Shown piece by piece: positions 51,531 to 64,000 of a stretch of DNA of 64,000 nt. The position numbers and the translations under genes are program-made. Positions within the stretch are counted from its first letter, which is position 1. Each line of letters starts with the position of its first letter. Under the pieces are notes generated by a model that ran no database searches, was not told the origin of the DNA, and saw only the letters and a program-made list of their open reading frames with translations. This DNA is from Eledone cirrhosa (lineage: Eukaryota): positions 57,970,001 through 58,034,000 of the forward strand of contig OZ024744.1 of the NCBI GenBank assembly GCA_964016885.1. Reading direction: 5' to 3'.

Positions 51531-52153
51531 GATATGGTTTTATAAATATATATATATATATACTGAAAACATGACAGTGCTCCAGTTTTATTAAGGATTT
51601 TTCCTTACCATTCCTAAATCATGACTCCATCTACAGAACCAGAAGGGTCATACTAGTAGCATATTGATCACATTCTTAGCAGGGATCATGAAACATGGAA
51701 AATTCTGTGTGTCTGTTTTTTCTTTCTTTTTTTTTTAGTTAGAGAGAAAAGAAAAGTCCTTGCACATATCTCTCCATGGCTGGTGGGGGGAGGGAGGTAT
51801 TCTCAAACAGGGGACCTTGTTCAAAATCTTTCAACAGAATAGATTTTGTTAAAGATACCCAATGACCAGGCGGTGTTATTAAACTGGACAATTGATTAGG
51901 TCTATCACACCAAGAGGAAATGTTACAGAAAAGAAAATAGAGGAACGTTTGTAGCACCTAACACCTGCTCAAAAGAAATTTAATGAAAATTAAAAACCCA
52001 CCAATGAAATTCCAGCATTGATCCACACTGAGCTCTAAAATAGAGGTGACACCTTAACATAAAGAAATGTAGTTGAAATGATGGTTCAATTGATAAATTA
52101 ATAACTGATTAAAAATATTTTGCTTTTGAAGATTTTTTTGTTGTATGAATGAA

Positions 52154-52248
52154 TGATAATGTTTGTTACGAACTGCTTTTAATCGCTTGTCCCCAAATAA
52201 TGATAATGTTTGTTACGAACTGCTTTTAATCGCTTGTCCCCAAATAAT
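52154..52248. repeat. 47-bp tandem duplication
   Basis: tgataatgtttgttacgaactgcttttaatcgcttgtccccaaataa occurs twice. Confidence 0.9.
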
Positions 52249-52391
52249 GGTACTAAGAACATTGAGAAATATGGGGGTCAATTCCTCAAAGTTGCTGATG
52301 GCAACTTCTTTTTTCAACTTTTAAGGGTTTGCACCCTATTTTCTAAGCTATTTTATAGCATCTCTGTGCATGAGTACAACGTCCTTTATAT

Positions 52392-52766
52392 CAGGGGTGT
52401 GCAACAGGCGACCCGCAGGCCACAATCCAGCCCGCCAGACCAATCAGAGTGGCCCTCAATAACCATTTCTAATTTTTATCTTGTGGGCTTATTTAGAATT
52501 GTTTTGGTAACTGTAATACAATTTTCTGTTAGTTGACCTCTACTAAAGGGCTTCACTAATAGGGTTATGTGTGTTATAGTTTCCCCAGTTGACCTATACT
52601 AAAGGGCTTCACTAATAGGGTTATGTGTGTTATAATTTCCCAGTTCCATGTTATGGAAAGAAGTTGTGGTGAATCTTTGGAATAGTGCTTAATAAATATT
52701 AATGGCCCTAATAGTTGTTCCAATGTTCAAAAGTGGCCCCCCAATGGAATATGTTGCACGCCCCTG
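52392..52766. mobile_element. hAT (Charlie-like) MITE
   Basis: TIR CAGGGGTGTGCAACA / TGTTGCACGCCCCTG, subterminal GGCC-rich motifs; internal ~56-bp duplication; TSD not clean. Confidence 0.7.
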
Positions 52767-53171
52767 ATTTTTATTATCTCTATATGCTTAAAAGTTCAAG
52801 AAATTGTCTAAAAACACTGGAATTAACAAACCCCAATTTTGACACTTTCTGTGAACTTGTTACAAGGTCTTAAGAGTTAACAATGATATAGTTAGTTATA
52901 TTAGTAGATCCTTTCATTTTCAAAATTAATTGAAAATCATAGGCAGAGTCTTTTATTAGAAATACAGTAATGAAAGGATTTAACACTGTGTCTCGTGGAA
53001 ACGTGGAGCTTGCAAATACATGACCAGATCAGCTGGGAATATAACCTGCTGTTGTTTATCCTGCTTCATTGAATAAAAAAAAAATCGATTATAATCAAAG
53101 CCATTGAAGTCATGACTACCTTGTCTTTTATTTTATTTTCAGTAATAGTGTGCCTCAGTCTTTACTATGAT

Positions 53172-53352
53172 ATAATAATTGTTTCTACTTTTGGCACAAG
53201 GCCAGCAATTACCCCAGTGTATTACTGGTACTTTATTTTATTGACCCCATAAAGATGAAAGGCAAAGTTTACCACGGTGGAATTTGAACTCAGAACTTAA
53301 AGGGCCCAAACTCTATGCTGTAAAGCATGGCGTCTGACGCTCTACCGACCGA
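53172..53352 (-). mobile_element. Deu/Nin-core tRNA-SINE
   Basis: Same family as 684-871. Confidence 0.85.
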
Positions 53353-53647
53353 TAATGCAAATTCATTGCCTTTCCACTACGATATTTAATGTCCTTTTTT
53401 TGTTTTTATTATTTATTTTTTGTATATTTTTTTCCAAGGCAGTAGCATATGATTTGAAGGCAGGAGATTTAGTGACTATTTCTAGCAAGTCAAATAACCA
53501 AGTAAAAGCTTTGTCATTAGCCCCTTTCCTTTGTTAGTCTAACATATTTACCAGCTGGCAGCTAGAGTTTATCTCCCAGACACTTAACACTGACTATCTG
53601 TATATGATTCCCTTATTATTCATAGCATTTCTCTTCCATATATATAT

Positions 53648-53703
<56 letters not shown>

Positions 53704-53715
53704 ATACATACATAT

Positions 53716-54381
53716 AACGCCACATTAAAAGCTACAGCAATGTGGAAGACATACACTTAAATAATATGATAGAGTACTGGTGGAATGTTCCAGTAAAATC
53801 CCCAATAAAGTGCAGGCATAACAGACCAGATATAATGATATGGGACAGGGAAAAGAAGGCATGCACAGTAGTGGAAATTAGCTGCCCAGCAGATGCCAAT
53901 ATAATATCAAAGATTAGTGAAAAGGAGAATATTTATGCAGAACTGATGAGAAATCTGCAGATACTCCACCCTGATTATACCTTCAGATTTATACCTGTGA
54001 TTATTGGGGCACTGGGGTATGTTAGTAACTGCCTCAATACAAATCTTAAGAAGCTAGGCTTCACAGGAACAGAAAGAACACAACTAGTTAGGAAATTACA
54101 AGTACAATCCATTAATGGAACAGTATAAATATGTAAAACATTCCAAAAATTCTGCATCTAATAACTGCATATACACATGACAGATACAAAGCATATACAC
54201 ATGCACACATATAACTCAAAACATCCACATCCACACATCCAATAACATCCATATCTACACATACATACATATCTACCTAGTTGATGTTGTGTAAATTCCA
54301 ATGAGAGAGTCTTGTGTCATTGTTAGAAACCGACTCTCGCCTCTATTGGTAAAACTTTGTGAAATTATAAAACCAGAAGAA
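53716..54381 (+). mobile_element. R4/Dong-like non-LTR 3' fragment (restriction-like endonuclease)
   Basis: HNRPDIMIWD...VVEISCP...EKENIY...IPVIIGALG; (TACA)n on both flanks. Confidence 0.8.
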
Positions 54382-55185
54382 CATACATACATACATACAC
54401 ACATACATACACTCACACATGCACACACACACACACACACACATGGATACACACACACACACATGCACACACTCACACACACGTACATACAAACATACAT
54501 GATGGCTGCAACTGGATTTCATGCAATGCCATCACTTGACACTCCTCTTAAGCATGACCAGTATGGATGTAGCTTTTTTGTCGCACCAGGGACACACACA
54601 CTTTTGCACAGACATGGCAATGATGGAGGCTTCCCACAGTAAGCATTATGATGTTGCTTTGGTGAGCTTTTATTTGATGTTTCAGGCCACTAACTGAGGC
54701 ACATTCCTTACAATGCATAGCTGACAGGGTTCTTGTGCATGTGGCTTCTTTAATGACTTCTAAGGTCTACCTTACTTAGATATAACTGGCCACATTCTTT
54801 ACAAGTTAAATTGACTTGCATGCCAAGATACTCAGGCAAACTAACCCCAAGGCCTTTATGAGCACACCATTTGAGCTGTCCATGCTCAATACAGTTTCTT
54901 TTAAATCCTCCCTACGCGCCATGCATTGCCTTCCTCCAAGAAAGACAATCTACAGTGAAAATTCTCCCAGCCATTCAACAATATTTTGATCACAACTCTT
55001 CCATCAAAACAACCACTATCCTACACAAATTACTGGTATGGGGGTGACAGATGTCATCAGGTTTCACCTGTCATACATTATTTCTATAATAAGTGGTGCA
55101 TTTGTGAGATTGTTTCAACTTTCTGGGGCCACAGTATTCCGATTCAAGCAATCATTTTGTTCCCATTCTGTGTATATATTTCCAA

Positions 55186-55264
<79 letters not shown>

Positions 55265-55918
55265 TCTCTCTCTCATGCTCACTTTCTGGTTGATTCATCC
55301 TATAGTGCGATGGCTAAGACCCTGTCTTACATTTGTAAGCATTATGAAACATTCTCACTGTAAGATATGAGATTTAAATTATTGGGAAGCCTGCTTCCCC
55401 TTGCGGTAACACAACTTTCCGGCATATAACATGGTTCAATTCCTGTGGGCAGTTCTGTTCACTTTTTTTTCCCATCACAAGAGGGTTATATCATTGATTT
55501 TATTTAACTATATCAAAGTTAGTAATGCATTGTAGTATCTACCCTTTGCAAAACATACTTTCACATTTCAATCTTACTGCACACATTCTTAAGCTTTCCA
55601 TTGTTTAACTATCGATCTATGTCTACCTGTCTATCTATATCATTGTATATCTATCTATGTGTGTGTGTGAATGCATGTGTGTGTATGTGTGTGTGTGTGG
55701 GGGGGGGGTTATTCTTTATTTCTCTCATAGTTTCTATAGTGCCAGTCTTACAGTTCATTTATTGTTTTGCTCTTCTATAAATAGCATACTTTTATCTTCA
55801 ACTCTAGGGATACAGAGAGGAGAGGAGATGAATATGTGTGGGGAAGGGGGAGAAGAAGAAGAAAATGAAGGCAGGAAAGAGATACAGACAGAGAGACAAG
55901 ACAAACAGACAGAGAGAC

Positions 55919-55958
<40 letters not shown>

Positions 55959-56959
55959 GGGGGGAGGCATACAGAGAAAAAGGGAAAGACAGAGAGATAG
56001 ACCGGCGAAGACAGAGAGATAGACAGGCAGGCAGAGACAGACTGACAGACAAAAAGAGAGAGATAAAGAGGTAGAATATTAGAAAGGTAGATAAAAAGAG
56101 CTCTAGATTGCAAAATGAACAGGTGTGTGCCTATCCCTTACTGTTGTCTACAGAAACAATGATTTACATTACACCAGCATCATCATCATCATCATCATCA
56201 TCGCAATTACCATCATCACCATCATCAACAACACCAACAACAACAACAACAAAAACAACAAAAACAACAACAACATCGTTCATCATCATCATCATCATCA
56301 TCATCACCATCATCATCATCAACATAGTCATCATTATCAACATTATGAACATTATCATTATAATATAATGGTGGTAGGAAGAATTGAATCTGCATAGATC
56401 AAATGACATTCCTTGTTGCATGGACAGCATAGTACCATAAATAAAAGAGAAGATGATTGGAGAGAGAGCAGTATTAATAGAGAGATAAGAGTATACCAAG
56501 GAGGTGGAACAAAGACTTAATTGGAATCCTCATGAAGATGATACAGGCTTCTAATAATTGGTGACTCACCATGCTAAAAACTGACCTTTTCACCAATAGC
56601 ACAAACAGAGCAACACTAAATATAAGTGTGGGGAAGAATTCAAAACTGTTGAGCATGCAGTGTTTTGGGATTGTCTGATCAATAAAGAATTAGGAGGACC
56701 CCTTTAATCTCGTCAAATGCATGACAACCTCACAAGTGTTAGTGCCACAATAAAATGCACATAGTACACTATGTAATGTGGTAGTACTTTTGCCATGATA
56801 AAATATACCCAGTACACTATGTAATGTGGTAGTATTGGCTCCATGATAAAATGTACCCAGTACACTATACAAAATGGTAGCACTGGTACCATTATAAAAT
56901 GCACCCAGTACACTATGTGGTGGTGATGATGATGGTGATGATGATGATGATGGTGGTGG

Positions 56960-57014
<55 letters not shown>

Positions 57015-58500
57015 GGTGGTGGTGGTGGTGGTGGTGGTGGTGGTGGTGGTGGTGATGAATATGCATCTCAGACTCAAAACATTTTAAATGTAGAATGAAC
57101 TGTTCGAGCTACATAGGTTAGATGGGACTTCCCCATCAGTGACTCACCTCTTGGTTGTGGTCCTTTGTCATCGCCTTTTTGAGGTTCAACATCCTGAAAT
57201 CAGTTTCCAGCAGTTTCCCCAACATCTTCCTCAGTCTTCCTTTTTTGTCGGTCCCTTTCATTTGGATCTTTTTTCATTTCTTTAATCAACTGTCATTCTC
57301 CATACACATCACATGTCTGTACCAGCACAGTCTTTATTCTTATCAACTATACCTGATTTCTCTTATACCCAGTTTTTCTTTCAAATCATATATGCTCCTT
57401 TCTTCAGGCACACTAAAATCACACATTCTGTGGAGCTATTTCTTCCAAGTTTTGACATATTTTACATTTAAATACATTACAAATCGTTTGCAATTCTTTC
57501 AGAATGAAAATATAAACAGAGCATATAAATAAATTTACAGCAGAATAACATAACAAATATGTTTTAAATATATACATAAATAACATTACAAATGCTTAGA
57601 TTACATTATAAATAGCTCGCAATTCTTTCAGAAAGATATATTCTTTTAATGTTACAATATTAAAGAAAATGTAAAGGAAGGGGTGAACAACGGAGCCAAC
57701 ACCAGAGCAAAAGACAGCAACGTCGCGAGGAGTACTGGGAAACCTCTCTAATGATTTCTGAGGCAAGCCAGCACACTCGCAGCATTGCCTCGGGTGATGG
57801 CGAGGCTGATGCCACCATTTTACTTTTAATACTTATGATTTCCTCCCATGCAACATCACATTTTGTACACAAAAATCAAAAATATGTCTGTTACACAAAT
57901 AAAGAATCTCTTTGTTGACAGCTGTAGTAATTTCTAGACCTTTTCCTATCCTGTTTGACTATTTCAGAACACACTCCTCTCCTGCTAATTAGTAACAGAA
58001 GATATCAACTACCTTTAGGGAGCCTTCCAAACATTTGATAGAATTTATTTCAGGAGCACTCGCACTACTAACTACTTTTGTGTATAGGTCATATATGAAT
58101 TTTTCTTTCTGTCTTTGAGTTAGATTGTGACCTTACGACATCTCTTTATCATGCATTGTTTACATTGCATTGGGCACACTGTAGAAATACAGTATAATCA
58201 ATATAACATACAACTTTTGTTAACTTAACTCTCCTTACTCTAGCTTTCCTGTCACAACATCCATGTCTTAGCAACCATATACAAACTGTTTTAGCAATGA
58301 ATGATATACATATTTTATTGTGAAGTCTCACCATATTTTGGTTTTTATATTCTTGGTTTTTTCGTCATCTCTCTACAATCTAATGAAACACATAACCCCA
58401 AAAAATCTTATGCACTAATTTTCTCTGACTTCTGAGCATTAAACTAATATCCTCAAATTTTACCATATTCTGTTTTGACTCAATGTTTGTTTTTTACTGT

Positions 58501-58576
<76 letters not shown>

Positions 58577-58713
58577 AAGGTTAAACAAGGTTCAATGAAT
58601 AAATCAAAGAATGAGTTTTACAATAGATTGGAAGCACTCAACAAAAATGGTTTTCCGGAGTTATTAATATTAATTCAAAATATTAACAAAATAGATATTC
58701 TTGTGATCAAGTA

Positions 58714-58780
58714 TATTTTATTATACATATTTCAGAGGTACTGAGTTAACTTCAACAGTACGTCCTCATCAGATAAAATA
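58714..58780 (-). ncRNA. HHR in the PLE pLTR, moderately extended stem II
   Basis: Minus strand: tattttat-CTGATGA-ggac-gtactg-ttgaagttaact-cagtac-ctct-GAAA-tatgta-TA-ataaaata. Confidence 0.75.
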
Positions 58781-59314
58781 AGATGATGCATGACATACCC
58801 TGACATAGTAAATGGTTAAGATTCAGTCATGGTAGTGAGTAATATATGATAAAACTCAATATTTATATACCTTAATATTGAAAACATGAAAAAAACCCAC
58901 ATATAATACATATAATACATATAATACATATAATAGAGAGGGTACGTGTGAGAAAGCTTAAAAGAATACAAGGCAGCAATATAACTGTTAAAGATTCAAA
59001 TAATTTAAATTACTGAAGAAAGAGGAAAGAAAAGAAAGACATAGAGGAAGAAACAGATGAGGGGATAATATAGCTAGTAGGAGCCTAGAAAACAAAAGAG
59101 AGTTGATTACAGAGAGAGATAGATAAAGAGGAATAACTTTTATAATGTAATAATATAGGGAGATATTAAATTAGAACAACATTTGGGCTTAGCTTTAGGA
59201 AAACGAAAAAATTCAATTCATTGAATTATTGAAATATCTAAAAATATTCATCAATCGGAATTTTAAATATAATTGGGTGTATTCATATGAAGGTTAATAC
59301 CAAGTCTTTAGACA

Positions 59315-60069
59315 ATTATTTATTGAGGAAGACCTGCTAGTTAGACTGATTGCTCCATCTAAATCGGATATTGGAGTAATCAGTAAGAATATTATTGATA
59401 GAATTCTACCTATTCTGAAATTGAGGTCTAAATTGAGCTTGTGGAAAGACACCAATGAAGTGATTGATTGGTTTAAAAATATAGATAAGAAAAACCACAA
59501 ATTCATCCAAATGGACATAGCAATCTATTACTCTTCCATTACACCTAACCTATTAAATAAGGCCTTATCCCACGCTTACAAACATACAGATCTAACTACG
59601 GATGAAATCGATATCATATTAACTGCTAGAAGAACTCTAATTAATTTCAACAATGAATATTGGACCCGCTCTGATAGAAATAGAAACTTTGACATTACCA
59701 TGGGATCATCGGTCTCAGCGCAAGTCACGGATCTTCTGGAGATTTTCATCTTAAATATGGTAAATAGAAAACTGCCGGAGATTACCGGTGGTTTATATAG
59801 GGACGATATTTTATTTACGGTTGTCAAACACAGCAATACAGAACTAAATAGGGTTAAGAAAACTATAATTGAATTCTTTAAAAATTACGACCTTAAATTA
59901 GAGGTTGAAAGTGGTACCAAAATAGTTAATTTCCTTGATGTTACCCTTAACTTAAACTCTGGTTTTTATTTCCCTTTCCATAAGCCCAATGAAAACTTAA
60001 ATTACGTTAGTTATTACTCTAATCACCCTAAATCTGTGAAAAATGCAATTGTTAATAGTGTACAGAAAC
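59315..60069 (+). pseudogene. Inverted duplicate of the PLE RT core
   Basis: Protein is identical to 62841-63764 except G>E (LLGIF versus LLEIF); truncated after NSVQK. Confidence 0.9.
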
Positions 60070-62079
60070 TCAGTCATGGTAGTGAGTAATATATGACAAA
60101 ACTCAATATTTATATACCTTAATATTGAAAACATGAAAAAAAAACACATATAATTCATATAATAGAGAGGGTGCGTGTGAGAAAGCTTAAAAGAATACAT
60201 GGCAGCAATATAACTGTTAAAGATTCAAATAATTTAAATTACTGAAGAAAGAGGAAAGAAAAGAAAGGCATAGATGAAGAAACAGATGGGGGGATAATAT
60301 AGCTAGCAGGAGCCTAGAAAACAAAAGAGAGTTGATTACAGAGAGAGAGATAAAGAGGAATAACTTCTATAATGTAATAATATAGGGAGATATTAAATTA
60401 GAACAACATTTGGGCTTAGCTTTAGGAAAACGAAAAAATTCAATTCATTGAATTATTGAAATATCTAAAAATATTCATCAATCGGAATTTTAAATATAAT
60501 TGGGTGTATTCATATGATGGTTAATACCAAGTCTTTAGATAATTATCTATATATACAATATATATCCAAACATATCTGGTTGACCGTTAACATTCAAAAC
60601 ATTTAATTTAAGTTAGTTTAGAGTAATGAATAATATTTTAGGTTATAAAAGTTAATAATTAACTGTATTAATATTAAAGTATACTATCATATTTAATTTA
60701 TAAAATCAAATTTTATTAAATCAAATTTAAAGGATTTACAAACACGAGAAAGAAAACAATGTTTTTACAACCTCACGAAGGTAAACTTTACAAAATTTTT
60801 TATATAATATTAAATTATTTATATTATATTGAAAATAGTTTATATTATATAATTTAGAAAATAATTACATTTATAACTTTTAAGATTAACAATTTGAATG
60901 CCTAATGGATCAACAGGCCTTATAATTAAACTTTAAAAAAAAAGCTTGATCATTAAATTATATATATGCGTTTATCAAAAAAATACACAAAGATTATATT
61001 GTCTAAAGACTTAAGATGATACCTCTCAATTAGACATAACCTAATACAATACAATAAATAAGTTACTGAAAATATTGTTAAAATTAATGTTTTAGATCAA
61101 TTATTGTAATAGGATTATTTAATAGATATATACTATAAATATACAAGTCAAAACTTCATGAGTCCTAAGGATAAGGACTAGATTCAAAATAAAAAGTGAA
61201 AAAAGTAAAAATAATAAATTGTTTACGATCATAAAAGTGCCCAATATCAAAAAAATATAGTTTAAAATGCAAGAGAGTTTTTTTTAATTTTATATAGTAG
61301 ATTAACAACCCTTCTAAAGTGTCTACGAAGATGATAGAAAGAGGAGCTAAGGATTTGAATAACCCGAAGGTAACCCGAATTTAATTAAAATAAATTAAAT
61401 TAAATTAAGTAATAATCGTTATATAATTTAGAACAATTAAGGAAATTATAACAATAGTTATTTGAGTATCCAAATCATTTGAGTATCCAAATTACTTATA
61501 AATGTAACCAGGAGCATGTTATTATACTAGATAAACAAATTTGTTCAAATATATAGAGAGAGTATTATAGGTATTAGTGAAATGATATACATATAATAAA
61601 TAATGTTATAATTGTAGTTTTACATCCAGTTCAGTGGAAAGAAAGACTAATATTTGCCGACTAGTATGATTTGTGACCTAAATATATATAAAAAAATATA
61701 TATGTACAAATCTAACTTTCTGAATCCCCAAACATACTCAAAATGAGTAAAATATATAAATTCATGAATGATTTACGGTTCAATTATAACCGGTAATCTT
61801 ACAAGTTATATATCCAAATTATATATTTAAAACAAAAACAAATATATAAGGATCCCAATCTAAATTATATATATCTAAAATAATCCAAAGGTGTGCATAT
61901 TCATCAAGAGAACAAGTTAACAAATAATATGTTTATATACCTAAACAGTGTAACATTTATATACCTTCAGTGTAACATTAATTCTATCATAAATGAATAG
62001 AAAATAAAATGTTTATAATCTGTTATAACATTTTAGGTACACAGTTGATAAGAGACGTCAAAAATTAAAACTTGTTTAT

Positions 62080-63870
62080 TTAGTGTTTTTTCCTGACATT
62101 TTGCGAGACTTTGAATGTAGACAAAGCTTTATGGAGGCAGTTTGAGAATAATTCACTTTTTTTGTTAATTGAGTTTTCATAATTAGTAATTATTAATAGG
62201 GTCTCCATAGTACAGAGGTTGCAGTTAGGTGATATTGACGAATTCGAGTAGATTCTACTATTACATAGCTTCGTCCAAAAAATCGAGTATTTTAAATTTT
62301 TGTCTTTTAATGACCATATACGTTGTGATAAAGAAGTCGAAGACTTCCTATTAGGATTCGAAAAAGAGCGTTTGTGATTCCCAAATCTCGATTTAAATGT
62401 CGAAGAAGTTGCCCCTATGTAATTGTATGTGATGTTATTTGCTTTTACGGTGCATTTATACACCAAATTTCTATCTAGACAATTATTTTGCAGAGGGCAA
62501 TCTGGTTTATTTCTACAATTACATTTCGATTTATTATTATTATAATTTATATTAACACTATTATTACTTCAAAATGTTCTATTGATAGTGCTTATATTGC
62601 TGTTAATGTTATTCATAGTATCAATATTGTTAGTGTTATTATATTCATTATTGTTATAAGTATGCGGATTCTGGTTTAGAATTCTACTATTTAATTTAGC
62701 GATGTTTTTGGTCATATTCATAGTTGTAGAATAAGAAAGCTTAATTGTGTGTCTATTAAATATGGAACGGTATTTATGTTGAATAGGGAAGGAATTATCT
62801 AAAGCTTTAAAGAATAGATTAGCGAGTGGTGTTTTTATTGCTACAGAAGCAGGGGGGGGGGGGGTAGGGACCATATAACTGATTTAGTTCTGGTTTTTTC
62901 CCCCAATTTATTCACAGTACAGGTGTTTGAATTATAATTTTTAGAATTTCGTTTATACATGTCAGTCATATTATTATTTTTATCAGGATTAAGATTCAAA
63001 TTATTATTGTCAATATATTCTATATTATATTTATAACCTGCCTTTCTTAGCGCATCATTGTAATATCCTGCTTTTTCATCAAATATGGATTTATTAGCAG
63101 ATATTCTAGTTATGCGTTTCTGTACACTATTAACAATTGCATTTTTCACAGATTTAGGGTGATTAGAGTAATAACTAACGTAATTTAAGTTTTCATTGGG
63201 CTTATGGAAAGGGAAATAAAAACCAGAGTTTAAGTTAAGGGTAACATCAAGGAAATTAACTATTTTGGTACCACTTTCAACCTCTAATTTAAGGTCGTAA
63301 TTTTTAAAGAATTCAATTATAGTTTTCTTAACCCTATTTAGTTCTGTATTGCTGTGTTTGACAACCGTAAATAAAATATCGTCCCTATATAAACCACCGG
63401 TAATCTCCGGCAGTTTTCTATTTACCATATTTAAGATGAAAATCCCCAGAAGATCCGTGACTTGCGCTGAGACCGATGATCCCATGGTAATGTCAAAGTT
63501 TCTATTTCTATCAGAGCGGGTCCAATATTCATTGTTGAAATTAATTAGAGTTCTTCTAGCAGTTAATATGATATCGATTTCATCCGTAGTTAGATCTGTA
63601 TGTTTGTAAGCGTGGGATAAGGCCTTATTTAATAGGTTAGGTGTAATGGAAGAGTAATAGATTGCTATGTCCATTTGGATGAATTTGTGGTTTTTCTTAT
63701 CTATATTTTTAAACCAATCAATCACTTCATTGGTGTCTTTCCACAAGCTCAATTTAGACCTCAATTTCAGAATAGGTAGAATTCTATCAATAATATTCTT
63801 ACTGATTACTCCAATATCCGATTTAGATGGAGCAATCAGTCTAACTAGCAGGTCTTCCTCAATAAATAAT
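62080..63870 (-). pseudogene. PLE RT-GIY-YIG ORF, 5'-truncated, frameshifted at the G-run (~62851) and near 62570
   Basis: Consecutive ORFs 62841-63764, 62569-62874 and 62080-62466 join into one PLE protein. Confidence 0.88.
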
Positions 63871-64000
63871 TGTCTAAAGACTTGGTATTAACCTTCATAT
63901 GAATACACCCAATTATATTTAAAATTCCGATTGATGAATATTTTTAGATATTTCAATAATTCAATGAATTGAATTTTTTCGTTTTCCTAAAGCTAAGCCC

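Larger units (their letters stand above)
58575..64000 (-). mobile_element. PLE with YRDD RT and C-terminal GIY-YIG (possibly Hydra-clade-like), inverted pLTR architecture, runs off the window
   Basis: RT FIQMDI/FDITMGS/GLYRDD/VNFLDVTL; linker CNCRNKPDCPLQNNCL; VYKC...YIGAT...RFGNH...CNLC...INKKSE; HHR at 58714; (TA)n flank. Confidence 0.88.

Noticed and set aside
51739-51957. 72-aa ORF as a host exon
   Set aside because: No recognisable motif or supported splice structure.
61150-61185. ATGA-gtcct..aggac hairpin as HHR or SECIS
   Set aside because: Lacks CTGA and GAAA and is antisense to the PLE.

Overview
Eukaryotic, AT-rich, microsatellite-dense DNA made almost entirely of transposable elements. 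I found no convincing host gene. The Deu/Nin-domain tRNA-SINEs, RTE-tailed SINEs and (TA)n/(CAT)n runs suggest a mollusc, probably a cephalopod such as octopus (inference only). Contents: a 26-bp satellite (~3.56-11.07 kb) interrupted by a Penelope-like element (PLE); a near-intact RTE LINE; stacked Tx1-type LINE 3' ends; a non-autonomous Helitron; a CsRn1-type Gypsy with both LTRs; an intact DD37D (maT) Tc1/mariner; R4-like, Hero-like and CR1 fragments; several PLE families. The most striking pattern was read by eye, not by covariance-model search: about 18 type-I hammerhead ribozyme (HHR) motifs from unrelated families. They include ones with 60-90 nt stem II extensions, U3-A8 core variants and palindromic (dimer-type) stem III. 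Many sit in elements with inverted, fold-back termini inside (TA)n, ranging from multi-kb PLEs down to ~150-bp pure palindromes.
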